A stretch of DNA of 55,382 bases, filler included, from Sphacelaria rigidula (taxonomy: Eukaryota): the NCBI GenBank assembly GCA_964200075.2. It is 5 parts of 5 records of this genome, joined end to end, with 100 filler letters (N's around TTAATTAATTAA, not from the genome) between each part and the next. Parts side by side here need not be neighbours in the genome. Positions count along the whole stretch, not along the records: positions 33,292 to 44,287 come from CAXNAA020005558.1; positions 44,388 to 55,382 come from CAXNAA020005559.1; 3 more parts are not named here. One strand, given 5' to 3'. Shown one piece after another: positions 36,501 to 49,293 of the stretch; within the stretch, counting starts at the first letter, position 1, and each line of letters starts with the position of its first letter. The notes beneath the pieces are model-generated. The model worked only from the letters and a program-made list of their open reading frames with translations, was not told the DNA's origin and ran no database searches. The position numbers were made by a program, and so were the translations under genes.

Positions 36501-39500
36501 CGTGTTTATCATAATATCGGCTCGTCGAACTGTTCTGCATTTCAACAATGCTGGACGGGTCCATCGCCCCAGTCGTCCTTCAAGTACGAACCTATCTGTG
36601 CGTGACGTCTGTGTATCCGAAACTAGGGTCTATGAATGGTACTTGATTGTTGTCACTAGTGCTCAATTCACCGCCGAAACCAAGTCTTTTGCTTCCTCTC
36701 ATTGGTGTTGCTCTTCACAGGCGTGGGCCGACCGTCGCGCGCCGGTCGCTTGGCGAGCCGCCGAACGTTTTTCGGGCACAGATGCATCACCATTTGCCGA
36801 GGCAACCGAAAGGTCATCCCCCGCCGCGAACGGCGACGAACCCGCAGAGCAACCGGATGGCATCACCAACCAACGAAGCGATCTCCCCAACGGCGAAGGG
36901 GACGATGTTGCCTCGTGCGACGTGAGGTTACTTTTTGTCAGCGGAACGGGGCTTGCCAACGAAACACCCAGATCGGCGGCCGGTGAGAGCCCCGACCGCA
37001 GTGCGTACACTTGCAGAAACAGGGATATGTTCCGAAATAGCCAGGTGTCGGACCATCTATTGGCGTCGAACTAGATACCCAGGCTCACGGTGGTGTTGCG
37101 CTTTCCCGACGGACACACCGCGCGAAGTAGGTAGTGAAGAGAGACGAGCTTGACATAACTGGGTTACTTGATTGGCACGCCGGATATTTTATTTTGCCGG
37201 TTTTCTTGTTCGAAAATAATTTAACGAAGATTTCACAAATGCGCCTGTCGTTGGCGGTGGAGGTTGGGGTGAGCGGGATGGTGTTGCGACAACTGTACAA
37301 GGGAACTCACGGGCCGCAGCGGAAGATTTCTGGGCGGCGATAGGGCGAGAAATGTGGGGCCCATGGCCGCAGGCAGATGTCGTGGTGCATACGGGATCGC
37401 AGGTAGGAAGAACACGCAAACTATACGCTGAATATGGCGTAACCACCAACACGGAATTCGCTTCACCAAAGACCTATGGACTGGGAACACCTGAAAACGC
37501 CCAAAAGTTATCAAGAATGCACCCTCGTAGGTGCCGTGCCTTACGCACTGAACGTGTCGCTTGGTCGATTTATTCGTTCTGGACCTCCGCCGGAGTCGAG
37601 CCCGGCTTTGAACGTCAGCAAGCGATACGATCTTTCTTGGTATGGAAATTCCAAACCTCGTGCCGCTGCGCGTGCTATCAAGAGGTTGGACTGTCTCAGT
37701 TGGTGCCGATCAGACGTTTCTTCGTGGGGTTGTATCTTATTGTAAGGTGAATCTAGAGGTGGCCGTGCTGGAAGCGCTGCCGATTTTGTCTGCGGTGGAG
37801 ATGGAGGAGGAGGGTTCACTGGCGCGGGAGGACGCCGAACATATGGTCATGGAAAGGGTAAGTGTTCGACGGACAGTGTGTCGGAAAAATTGCCATATGT
37901 AGGTCGGAAATCTTGTCATACGTGCATGACTCGACAAGTCTTGGTTTAAGGATTATAGCGGTGTGCATGTGGACCAACCTCAGGTTCATTGAAATGACGT
38001 TGATCCTGCCTACATTAATTCCACACGCACCATTACACACACACACACACCGGACCACAACATATCGCTGTCACTCGCCTTGCGATGCACTGGAGCCTCA
38101 CCATGCGTTCACATCCCTTCGCGCGGTGTTTTTTTTGTTGTATCTCCGGGATCGGGCGGACAACTTGACGGAAACGAAACGATTTCATTGAAACACACAG
38201 ATTCGAGACGCGTACAGATTCCAATGGAGTCTGCCTGGGGCGAGGACCTGTCTATCGTGTGGAAGTCACCTGATGCTCAGAGGCGAAGCGGACCTCGCAC
38301 TACCGCAACTGAAACCTCACCCAACCTCCCAAAATCTCGACAACGGCAGCGGCCGAGGTCTACCGGGTGGTGGTAAGCTGCTCGGCCGGCACGTGAGCTC
38401 GTACGCGAGGATCACGATCGCTCGTCTGGCATCGCAGGCAAGGGGGATGATATCGTCACGTGTGGTGAATTTGGTTTGGTGCGCTTCGACCCTACAGGAG
38501 AAGATATAATATACATAGTATTTTTCCCGGTGTGTGTATCTGTGAGGCATCAAGCGACCATCCAAAGGGTAGATACGCTCGACGCGGTTTGGTTTTTGCT
38601 TCGATGGGTACCGCCAGCTGGTTACGTCTGGTCAAAGATCATAGAACGGGCATGAGAGAGGGTGCAAGCGGCGATGTCCGCTCCGGCGTGCTTGGCTTAT
38701 TTTGAGCCCTTGATCTATCAATCGTTTACCACGCGGTCGGTGAAGGGTGGACAGGTGAAGTCGTTGGAGGCGGGGGTTACTTTTGAGTATTCAAACGGTC
38801 GAATACGTCGCGACTTACAGCCACTGCAACCGACTCCTCGCCGGAGATTCAACGCACCCCACCTCTCCTCGCCCTCCGCGCCTTCCTTGCCGTTATATAG
38901 GCCTTTGATGACTACCAGAGGCAGCTGTGGGATCCGCAGTCAGTACCGATTGGCCTGGACATGAATGATGTAGGCTACGCACGCGGGGGCGCCGAAATTG
39001 ACGGGCCAAGGGCAGGTAGGAAGGACGTTGGCGCTGGCGCCGAGAGGGTGGACTGGGCAGGGAGACGGGTGGGAGATGGCACTCAAGGGGGAGAGTGGCA
39101 CTTTCATGCTTTCGGTGAAACCGTCGGGCTGTTCGCACTGGATGTTCAAGAGGGCAGCTCAAGGCTGCAGGTAAAATGAAACCAACAGGTTTTGTGTATA
39201 GTTCAAGGGAAATGCAAAATAAATATTGCAGTTTGATGGAATCGCGCAACGACCAGAGAGCTTCGCAGGCAGAACGAGCGAGTAGTGTACAATCGAGATC
39301 GCACTGTGCAAATTGCGGACCGTATGGAGCACGAGATTACCGCACTGCGCGGCGTTCTCGAGCCTCCACCGTTCTGAATCCGACTAACCCAACCCATCGA
39401 TTCGCTGCCTTGGACAAATGCGCGGTGTCGATTCCCATATGCCTATACATGCAGCGAGACGAGCGGGCCCCGCTGTTGTCTGATGGTCAGTGGGCCTCCC

Positions 39501-42500
39501 TAGCGGCGGCGTTGCGCATCGATGAAATTTGTGCCATGGTAGTGGTTGGAGACATCCCCTTCATGACGGACTCGATTCACGACGCGAGAGCAAAGGCACG
39601 AAACCCGTCTCACGTGAGTCAGCGAGCGGACGTGAAAATAAGTACTGTACACAAATCGTGCCGTAGGCGAATCATCGCGCACAACAGAAAACGAGGGGCG
39701 ATGGGACGCCTCACGACGAGTGTGGACAGAGGCTTTGCTGTAGAGATAAGCTGCACTGCCTGCAATGGGTCAAGATGAGCATTGGGGTGAATATATCAAT
39801 CAGCCTGGTGTTTTTTTTGTCGTTTTCGTATTTTTGCTTTTCCCTTCCTTGCCTTTTTCTCTTCATATATATATATATATATTTCTTCTAGTTTCTCACT
39901 TCACCATGTTTATTATTTTCCTTTCTTTTTTCCGTCTTTCCAACTTTTCTCCAGTGTCCTTGTCGAGTGTTACATCTATGTATCTTTGGCATGTCTTTCA
40001 TCTAGTGACCACGGCTAGACTCGTGGCGAATGAGCTCATGTGCGACACTCAACCAATCAACCAACCAACCAGTCAATCGTGATGATGCAACCACAACCGC
40101 AGTGGCGATTGTACACATATGTAAACGAGTCAATGCTGTTTCCGCCGGGAAAATTGAAACGTTAATGGGCCTGAGGGAGCGTTTTCCTCGCTAATGAACC
40201 GGATATTGTCGATGCCCACGGCTGCGTGACGTTTACGCGTGCGAAAATATTTCCGGTGTAGGCGCACTTGAGGCGATCGTGGCCATTCCACGGGGGGGAG
40301 CTGTTGCGCTTGCTGGAGATGCTGGTGGCGTGGAAGTCGGCCGGAGCTGTGGGCGGAGAGCCCCGCGAGGTGGGTAACGCATAGGTTTCCTTTTTTTCCC
40401 GTCCCGCATCTAATGGCCAAGCAACAAAAAGGCGCTCTTCATGGCTTACGACGTGTGTCCTGGTAATATCAAAATTGTCATAAAATGGCTCAAATATTAC
40501 TTATTGTTTTGGCCTCTAGGAGTGGAAAAGGGGTTCACTTCAGAGGAGAACGTGTCCTCCTCTAAGACCGGTCCCTACGCATATATCTCCTGCGGTAAAC
40601 AGCTATCTTGGAAGGGCAAATCACACAGCATACTGCAAACTTAGAGCGCCGCGCTGAAGCTTTTGTACATCTCAACTCTGTAACCGGCAAAAGACCAAAA
40701 CCCCCGAAGTCTACAACTGCAGTCGATGAAAGCGCAAGCAGTCTTCAACCTTGTGCCGTCACCTGACGCTTTGATCGTCGCTTGACACACTCTGCTTACG
40801 TACGGGCTCTGTTCCGATCACCCTCCCAAGGTCATTCTGGTCGGGGGAGGGCTGCACCCCTTGAAGTCTGTGATTCGCCATGCGGCAGCTTCGATCACCT
40901 TTTCGCAGGTAAGATAGGTCACGATACCGCGGTGTTCGTCCTGCGGTGGTGTGCATGCGGATACCAAAGCAGTTTTCATGGAAGACGACCACTCGAGATT
41001 TTTGGTGTATCCTTGGGTTCCGGCTGATCCAGGTCAAGCGCATTCGGTGCCCGCAGTGCCAATGAGCGACCCGGTTCGCTCCAAACCCGAGCTCATGGCG
41101 TCAACTCACACAATATACATTTTCGGGTTGGTTGCTGCCGGCTGGAACCAGTGCTTCACGCCTACCGTGTCGGCCTCGTGCTCTAGACAGCACTAGCCAC
41201 AGCCTACCAACTATGTAAATATCGTCTCGATTCTGTGCCGATATCGCTCCTTGCAAAACACACACTACACTATACCCGCATATACGTTGTTTCTCAGGTC
41301 GTCTGTGGTCCCTTCGCCGGCGCTCGAAGAGCCGAAGACGCTCGGTTCGAGCCCACCGGGCAGCTTAGTCGGCATCTATCCTATCGCCACGAAAATGTGG
41401 ACAACAACCCACAACACAACAGCCATGAGGGTAGAAATTCTCCGTCTCTGACACCATCAGAGCGCGGGCTAGTATTCTCCTCGGACCATAACCACGACAG
41501 TAGTAACGGATATCGACATCCGTCCTGCGTCTTGGTACGATGTAACGTCCGAGGTGCAATGGAGCGCACCTTCCTTGAACTCCGCAGCCGCCACTTCACG
41601 CCGGCGGAGTGGACAGCGTGGTGCGACGATTCCGAACGTCGGCTGTCCGAAGCAACGGATACCTCTGCCCCACCGTTGCCCTCACCGCCACCGCCGCCGG
41701 ACGTGGCGGGCGCCGAGCTCCATACGGCTGCAATCAGGCCGGTGGAGTTTGGTCGCCCGAGAGAAGGTCCCCGGTATGCCGAGACGGCGGGGGAGGAAGC
41801 AGCTAATGCAAAAGAGAAGCGCGACTATGCCCTAGACTTGAATGCGGCGGCGCTGCTGGGGGAGTCAGGGTCGGCCGCAGTTCTCCACGAGGCGTTTGAG
41901 AGGGTGTTGGATATGGGCTCCACCGCTGATGAGCAGGGAGAGGCAGCGGTGGCGGGAACCGGATTCTTTCTGGACGCGACGAAGAGGGCCTTCGAATGCA
42001 TTTCCTTTGCCTATGACCACGTGGGTAAAGCGACATATATATGAACACGATGCGAATACATCTGCAACTGCTCATCATCGCCCGTTGCCTGTGCAGTGGT
42101 CACACCTCTGACCCGGCGTTGAAACCACATTTCCGTCATGCTTTCGACCTTTTGCCCTTCCTCGGGACGAGTCCTTGGTCTCAAGGGACCGGGCCATCAC
42201 TTCCTCGATTCATGTCTGTCATACTAATCGCAGATTGAAGGAGCACTCCCTTACCGTGCCTACCGTTACCAAGTTATCTTTGTCTCTCACGCTTTCCCCT
42301 TTCCAACGACGGAACTCAAGTAACCCCCCAGAAAAGCATCGTGTACATACGCTGGGATTCGAATCCTCAACTCCGCTGTTCTGTAATGGATTTTAAAAAT
42401 GTACCAGACAGATCACGAGGATACGGCGCATTACGAGCCAATATCTCAAACTACGCGGGTTGACGACGTTGTGGTTTCTCTGTAGCTCGAGCCATAGTTA

Positions 42501-42962
42501 CACGAGGCGATCGCACATTGTGACCTCATCCCTCACGTTACCCCATCATCCTCCGAAACCACACCCACGCCATGCTACCGAGACTGTGCATGTATGAATG
42601 CCCCTCGGCGACTTCGAATCTCACACCGCGACAAACATGACTTGAACAAACTTCAGGAAAACTGCAGGAGGATGCGAGCGAGGTGTCCTGTTCGCCCGTC
42701 TCCTATCGTGGTCAGGCGTTTCCTCCTGTCAGTACGGCAGCGTCGACAAGAAAGAGACACGCAAGGGCAGGCTGCACCGCAGAAAACTGAGACCACGAAA
42801 AACGTCGGGGAGGGGTCGAAAAAGGGACGTAAACCGAAGACCGGTCGAGACGGGGTTCCGTCCCTGCTGTGTACGTTGCCTTTTCACGACAATGAAAGCT
42901 TCGCAGAGTTTTTCTGCGAGGTTTTGAGGGCTTCGGAGCGCCTAGCACGTCGCGGATTTTGA
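33522..42962 (+). CDS. multi-exon gene (5' end missing) encoding tandem PhoD-like phosphatase-fold domains
   Basis: Inferred exons: ~33522-33750 (GSIGLILLD..LISPRVW), ~34567-34835 (LLDRLFAWKS..EVLLVCG), 35180-35974 (IRQVITGPVTD..LGPVIGRVTQGSAVVLVEV), 36282-36413, 36721-37044, ~37230-37402 (DVVVHTGSQ), 37747-37857, 38201-38437 (IRDAYRFQWSLP..HLML), 38901-39170 (YQRQLWD..HFHAFGETVGLFALD), 39455-39613 (LLSDGQW), 40262-40369 (WPFHGGELLRLLEMLVAWK), 40831-40908 (VILVGGGLH), 41298-42020, 42657-42962 (stop). Motif order matches eukaryotic PhoD-like proteins, and most junctions are in phase. Confidence 0.78.
33838..34231. mobile_element. hAT-like MITE (copy 2 at 52633-52877)
   Basis: Ends tcgagctcggaaatggt ... 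accattgccgagttcta, with aatggt/accatt subterminal repeats. The second copy is TAGAGCTTGGAAATGGT ... ACCATTCCCGAGCCCTA. Confidence 0.8.
42130..42262 (+). repeat. dispersed repeat family with core CCTTCCTCGGGACGAGTCCnTGGTCTCAAGGGA
   Basis: Other copies at ~51755 (+), ~51930-52010 (+), ~52890-53020 (-) and ~54705-54830 (-). Confidence 0.75.
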
Positions 42963-44287
42963 AACCGTGTTCAAGTCACTCTTACCACGTATTTGTAACC
43001 GATGGATAGGGAGTAAGCAGCATGCTGGCCAATCAAGGTGTAGAAACATGTTCGTCGAAAGTAGTACACGGTTAGTAACCTCGTGCTTGATTTCGACCAG
43101 TGTACTCATGTGCAGACCCGTTATCATCGCTTGTGGCATCGGGGGCCACGTCAGGGAAGCGGTGTATGTTAGCACGGGGCTGATATAGTGTACTGGAAAA
43201 CAACGGCAACGTAATCCGTAGACCTGGCGATAGAAGCGGGGTCGTGATGCATAAAACTAGCACAGCGCAAGCAGGTGTTTTCAAGGCTTGTCGCATGGCC
43301 GAAGAGGCCACACATCATCTTCAATGTCCATGTTCTAGAACTGATCAGAGGATAACTGTGTGCTTTTCTATAGACGCATTACTCATACTGGGCTGGTTGT
43401 GGCTCTGTACATAGTAAGCAATGCCTGGCGGTACTCTTCCCCGCCCATGGCTTGCCGAGACTGCGGTGTGTCGTCCATGATACTTCTTGGCGAGTGACGA
43501 TGAATGTAGAGGCGAAGCATGTCGAACGCACCGCTTGGCCGAAACGAATGGCCTTGTTTGTATTGCGTATGGAAATAGCAATGGTCAAAGTGCGAAGCGT
43601 ATAGTTTTTGCTTTTGTTTTTATCGCTGCCCTCTTTCTTTCCTTTCTGAGGCCGTTGCTTCTGTCGTTTTTCTGTTCCTTCCTTTCTTTTTTGTATTTTT
43701 TTGTTATTATGTTCTATTTTTTGCTGCTCCTGATCACGGGCTGGATTGTTGCAATCAGCTAATTTGAGATAATCAGTCAATCAATCAATCAATCAATAGT
43801 ATCCTGCCACCACTGCTGCGAACACAGTTCATTCCCCAGTAAATCGAATCTACCGTGGACGACTGCGTACAGTCGAGGTCCAAGTCTCGGACATATCAAG
43901 CAGGTTTGCGAGATAGATTCAAGCGACATAGTACCGATACAACAATGGACCCGATGTAAGCCCCCGCCTAAAGCCGGGTCATGGAGCAGAAGTATGATTG
44001 TGAACTACTAGCCGCACACCCGATTGAGTTGATAATGACCCACTCAGTTATTTTATCGAGGACATGTGCGCATGCTGAAATGGGTAATATCACAAGCATA
44101 TTTGATCCAAAGAAGAAGCAACAGTGTTCTCATTGTGCTGTTTGCAATACTAAAAAACAACAACAACAACAACAGGCTGGTTCACGCATATCACCCAAAA
44201 TTGTGTCATCAGCAAATGCCTTCCGCAATACGCACCCAATAGTCGCATATATGGTATCATACTGACCGCAATGAAGATACGAAGAGG

Positions 44288-44387
44288 NNNNNNNNNNNNN
44301 NNNNNNNNNNNNNNNNNNNNNNNNNNNNNNNTTAATTAATTAANNNNNNNNNNNNNNNNNNNNNNNNNNNNNNNNNNNNNNNNNNNN
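44288..44387. other. artificial linker
   Basis: N44-TTAATTAATTAA-N44. Confidence 0.98.
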
Positions 44388-44518
44388 CACGTTCTCACGC
44401 TTTCCACGGTGGTAATCATACATTACGAAGAAAAAAGCCAACGAATCGGGAATCGAACCCCCATTCTCTCCGCCGTAATGGCGACAGTCGGACCATTACA
44501 CCACCGGGGCGCGGCGGC
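44388..44518 (-). mobile_element. tRNA-derived SINE (family B), truncated by the linker
   Basis: GCCGCCGCGCCCCGGTGGTGTAATGGTCCGACTG...GGGGTTCGATTCCC...TTTTTTCTTCGTAATGTATGATTACCACCGT; aligns with 54520-54655. Confidence 0.72.
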
Positions 44519-44974
44519 ACCTACATGGCACTATTGGCGTCCTATGCGCAGCATCCGTCAAGTCGTCCAAGCGTGCCCTTAGCCTTTACTCACATACAAA
44601 ATTTCCGCCTTTATATTTGTGCCCAGCTCCCTGCACTGCCCGATGTTTCGCGTCGCGCACACGTTACAGCGCTCCCCATTTGTTTTGTCTCCCCTGTAAA
44701 TGGACAAGGAGTGGGTACAGTACGAGAGCAGTATAACGAAGCAGGGATCAACTCACAGTCTCGTAGGGGAGGGGTTGGTGAGGTCACGGTAGGGTTTTTG
44801 CCAGAAGGTGGCATGTCTGTGTGTAGAGATGCCATAGCGATATGCACTGAACTGTTACTTTTCTAGGCTTTTGTGCTAAATAAAAAGTGCCCCCCCCCCC
44901 TCTCCCCCTGCCGACCCTAATGTTGAAACATTTCCGTATCCGTCTTCTTTTGGCGTCGACACGAACAACACAAG

Positions 44975-45276
44975 AGATTCAGCGGCGATTGCGAGACGCA
45001 CGCCAGCCACCATCGACCTCCTCGTGTAGTACAGGAACGCATCATTCGGGTGACACATGTGCCTCAGAACTTCCACGGGTTTCTCTCAAGTGGCCCAATG
45101 ATGTTTTGCTCGGGGACGAGAAGGTAGCTGGGGTGTTGATCGAAGCGGAGGGTCCGTTTTTACTCGTGGGTATCGGGGTGAACGTCCGACACAAGCCGGA
45201 CGTGCCCGAACAGGGACCGGATCGGGGCCGGCCGGCGGCTTGCTTGGCTGACTTCGGGGCTGATGTAACCGATGAG
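44975..45276 (+). CDS. birA: biotin-protein ligase (BirA/BPL catalytic domain), penultimate exon; 5' boundary uncertain (alternative acceptor ~45068)
   Basis: VSLKWPNDVLLGDEKVAGVLIE...LVGIGVNV contains the KWPND, KxxGxLxE and GIGxN signatures. Donor gag|gtgtgt. Confidence 0.93.
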
Positions 45277-45651
45277 GTGTGTGTTGAGTACTAGTAGAGG
45301 GGCTGTTGAAGAATGCTTACACTCAAAATGGCATCGAAAAGTGATTGTACTATGGTGCATACCATGAGCGGGCGGCAGTCGTTCGACGTATGGTGGTTAC
45401 TGTCAGTTGTGAGCAATGTGCGCTTCCGAAAATGTTGCCTTGGTGCTGCCATAGAAGCAGGCCAAGCATAATACAAAGTTGGATGGATAAACGGCACTGT
45501 GGTTCGGAAACGGTGCTTCCTCCAAGAGACGTCCAACGCGCGGTATACGTTGTTTTTGTTGTTGTTTCCCCTGAGACCTCTGCTTTAAAAACGTTTTTTT
45601 GCAAACCGCGGTGTTGGCGAAGGCAGCGTGGGGCAACCCCAAAATGGTGGC

Positions 45652-45786
45652 ACACCCTGCACAATGGATTCTATTGTAGAAAATGTACTGCGTACAGTAT
45701 GGAATCTATGGTGTATTGCAATAGGCGCAGTAGTCGATACTGTACGCAGTACATTTTTACTGTGTATTCCATTGTCCAGGGTGTGA
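45652..45786. mobile_element. ~135-bp hairpin MITE (other copies ~52018-52157 and ~55073-55217)
   Basis: cacaccctgcacaatggatt...aaatgtactgcgtacagtat / atactgtacgcagtacattt...attccattgtccagggtgtg. Confidence 0.85.
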
Positions 45787-46233
45787 ATGGTGGTGTACTG
45801 CGGAAGCCGTATCTTTGTATGACCAGATTTGTGTGCAATGTCCTCTCATGCATGTTCAATGTGCATGCTTGTTCGTCAGGTCTTCCCTCATGTCTGGTTG
45901 CGGTATGCTGCTGCGGTTCCCGCATTCTCCTCGCGCGGGTCCGAGAAATCAGCCTAATTTGTGTAAATAAAAAGTGATCGCGAGAGATGAGTATCGAATT
46001 GTGAGTCACGCAGAGCCAGGACTGCGCACTACAGGGATGAGGCAACGGTTTGGATACAGATACGGTGTCTGAAATCACGGTACCCTCTAAGAAACGTTGG
46101 CTCTGCCCATCGAATCGCTCTCGTTTGAGATCCTCCATCCGGTTGAAAAAGCCTGATTGACGGATACTTCAGTGGGTGAAGCCCTATCGCCCCTTCCTTC
46201 CCCACCTTGCCTGCGCAACCCTTGTGTTCACAG

Positions 46234-46473
46234 GCAGTTCGGGAGCTATCTGGGGCGCTCACGGAAAAGCTGTGCTCGTGGGCATCCGGGGCCGATTCAG
46301 CTAGTTCAGCGCTGTCCGACTGGTCTCGTTGGGTAGATTGGGAAATGATGCTTGAGATCAGAGACGAGAGGAGAGTGGTGAAGCCACTAGGAGTAGCACC
46401 AGACGGGCGATTGCGCGTGTTGGATCCTAAGACTGGCCGCGAGGATATCTTGACTACAGAATATCTTCTTTGA
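46234..46473 (+). CDS. birA: biotin-protein ligase terminal exon (C-terminal SH3-like region)
   Basis: acag|AVRELS...VVKPLGVAPDGRLRVLDPKTGREDILTTEYLL*, in phase with the previous exon. Confidence 0.88.
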   Translation, partial: AVRELSGALTEKLCSWASGADSASSALSDWSRWVDWEMMLEIRDERRVVKPLGVAPDGRLRVLDPKTGREDILTTEYLL

Positions 46474-48990
46474 TGAATGAATCCTTGGACGAAGCGCGGG
46501 GAGATTTTTTAGTACACAATATCAGCTTAGTGGTCAAGCAGTCTGGTAGCGAGAGCCACAGGTGTGGGGCTGTGGGTCAAAGTGTCTGCCCAAGTATCCC
46601 ATTTGTGTTTGGCATCCTGGAGGTTGTTGTTGGTGAAGTTGTGCGGGGATTGCGTGTACTAAATTAAATTGGTGCTGAGCATAGTAGCTGTGTTTTTAGG
46701 ACCATCGTACGGTGCTGTGGTGTGAGGTTGCGTGTTGTGTGTGCCATGTTTTGTTTATGAATTCGTTAACCTGGTCTTCGGACAACTGATTGTTTCGAAA
46801 ATGTTGGGTGGTGGTGTCCGTGTCCATGCGCACGACTCCGTCTTCGCGTGGAAGGACAGTCAAAACGCATATGACCTGGCTGCAGAACAGCATGCACCTC
46901 AACTGGTGGGTTGGCTCAGACCGATTGGTCATTGAAATGAACGGTGAAGAGCACCGACAACCGACCACATACTGGACGCAAGAAGGTCGGAATTTTGGTG
47001 GGTTGACGCCTTGCAATGACAACAGGGCAAATGGCTCGGTAACCATTAATTGTGGAAGTACCAGGTAATTTCATAGCGGCGAGGTGTTGTTCCATCTGCC
47101 GTACTAGAATACATGGTTCAAAGGTCCACATTGCCGCGTAACTTTCCGGCACTGCCTTACCCTGTCCAGATTACTTTGTGCCGCAAGGGTGACCATCCAT
47201 CTCCTTGATACAGGCATAAATTACGCGCCAAAACTGGTGTGTCTGTGGGGCAGCGCTGACCCCTCAGATACATTTGGTCCGGGCTTGGCGGCCAGGAAGA
47301 AGGACGAGGCTTGGGTACGTGAAAGAAGCAAACATCACACAGCGGGACATACATTATTCATCATCAGCATTGTTCACTACTAGATATTCGCAAGTTCACA
47401 CAAAATGTTGGAAGTTCCATGCCATGCGTGCATCTCCGTTTTGTTCTACCCACATTTCGCAACGCATACTACGCCCTGCTGCTACTATTATAGTCCCTCT
47501 ATGGTTTCGTCGGTATTCGTAGTTGTGGCTGTTTGCACGGTCCGCAATTGCATAGATGATACGACGAAAATACGTTCCCATTGATTTAGTTCTTGAATGA
47601 CTACGTACAATACCAAAACATGTGGAAGTATGAATCACTGCGACTGGAAGATGGAGAATATAAAACATACGAAGTAGTTAAATAGATGAATAAACGGTGT
47701 CAGTTACGGTAGTCCTTACTGTAACCCCCTTTCTGTCAAGGCGACAAGAAGAGATACAGTAGACATGGATGCTATGTGTTCACGGGGCACCGTTCGCGCT
47801 TTTTTTCACCGAATTCTACTGCTACTATACTGTCTGTACGTGAACAAAAACAAATACGTATGAGAACTCACCTATTTCTTCTCTTCTCGACGCCATTCAA
47901 CCATTGAAAATGATCGGGACGCACCGCAATTTCGTCAACAACCATTCGTTGAACGATCTGCCCGCGTGGTATCGGAAGATGACCATACAAGCGTATAATT
48001 TGTACGCAAACACAAGTACAACAACTAGCTTGATTACAGAAGAGGGCTCCGTCCCACTTCTGTTAAAGGCCGCTCGAGTCAGCGAACCTCATTTGAAAAC
48101 CCCTGCGCAGGCAGGGAGAGAGAGCGAGAGAGACGAGAACTTATAGCCGGCGAAGGGGCTCATTATAAGACAAGCAGGTGATTGTTTAGTATGGCAATGT
48201 GTTGAGTTGATCAGGGTGGAGGTTGCATGCGTGCGTATACTATACTTCGGTGACGGATGAAAGTACGTGTTGTTTTGCTTGGGCCCGCGTTAAAACTGCA
48301 CCTCAACTGCTACATGCTGTAACACAGCACAGCGTAATTTATGCACACTCGCTGGCGCCACATACAGGAGACAAAGGAATCAACTTAGTACTTTACATGC
48401 TCACGCCTAGGTCTCCTGCAGTCTTTGTCTCTCGCTTGAGTGTGCTTTTCCTTGCACTCCATGCTACGTCGTTCATTGTGGATCTCAAAGTTTGTGATAT
48501 CACACCCCTCGACACATGAGATCGACTTACAACCGTAGCGTAGCTGACGAAAGCACCTTGTACCTGGAACACCGCGCATATTATGCTGTCTCCTGACACC
48601 AACAAAACGTTGTCCAAACTGCTAGTAATCTGAACCAGACAGATAGCATCGAGCGGCCAGTTGAACCTGTCTACTACCCCAGCTTCGCTGCACGGACTTC
48701 AAGGCCATCGCAACTACTGCATGCGTAGCACTACTGCGCCTACTGTTCTGCTCCATGACCACGGCCCTGTCCTCAAGCAGAATCATAAACATGAGGCATC
48801 TTTATTACGAAATGTATATAATATATGCCTTATATTTATGACCATCGTAGCCGCATCGCGGTCAAGTTGCACTTGTCGCTGACGATCGTTTCCAACCTTC
48901 CCGATCCCCCCTTCGCTCCCTCCCCCCCCACATCCCTCCCCTCACAGTACACACAAAAAGTTATCGAAGAACTTTCAACCCACAAAGACA

Positions 48991-49293
48991 ATGTTACGCG
49001 CCATCTATACGGCGAGGGTCGGCGGAGCAGGAGCCCGCCGGCCGCTGCCGGGCAGCAGCAGCAGAACTTCGATGATGGGTGCCGTGCGGCAGCAGTCCAC
49101 GAGAGAGGCGGCGGCTGCGGAGGCAGACGCGGCAGCGCGAGCTGCGCGCGTACCGGGGAGGAGGAGTGGTATGCCTTTGGCCGGACCACGCACCCTGCCC
49201 GCGAAGAGAGTGGGTTTGTACGATCCTGCCCTCGAGAAGGACTCGTGCGGTGTTGGTCTGGCGGTGCAGATGAAGAGCATTGCTTCGCGTCAG
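48991..49293 (+). CDS. gltB: glutamate synthase (GOGAT) large subunit, exon 1 with presequence
   Basis: ATG in acaATG context; GLYDPALEKDSCGVG carries the Ntn-amidotransferase catalytic Cys. Donor cag|gtgcgg. Confidence 0.93.

Noticed and set aside
46700..47350. Possible LINE endonuclease remnant (HLLDTGINYAP...GLAARKK)
   Set aside because: Resemblance is too weak to call without a search.
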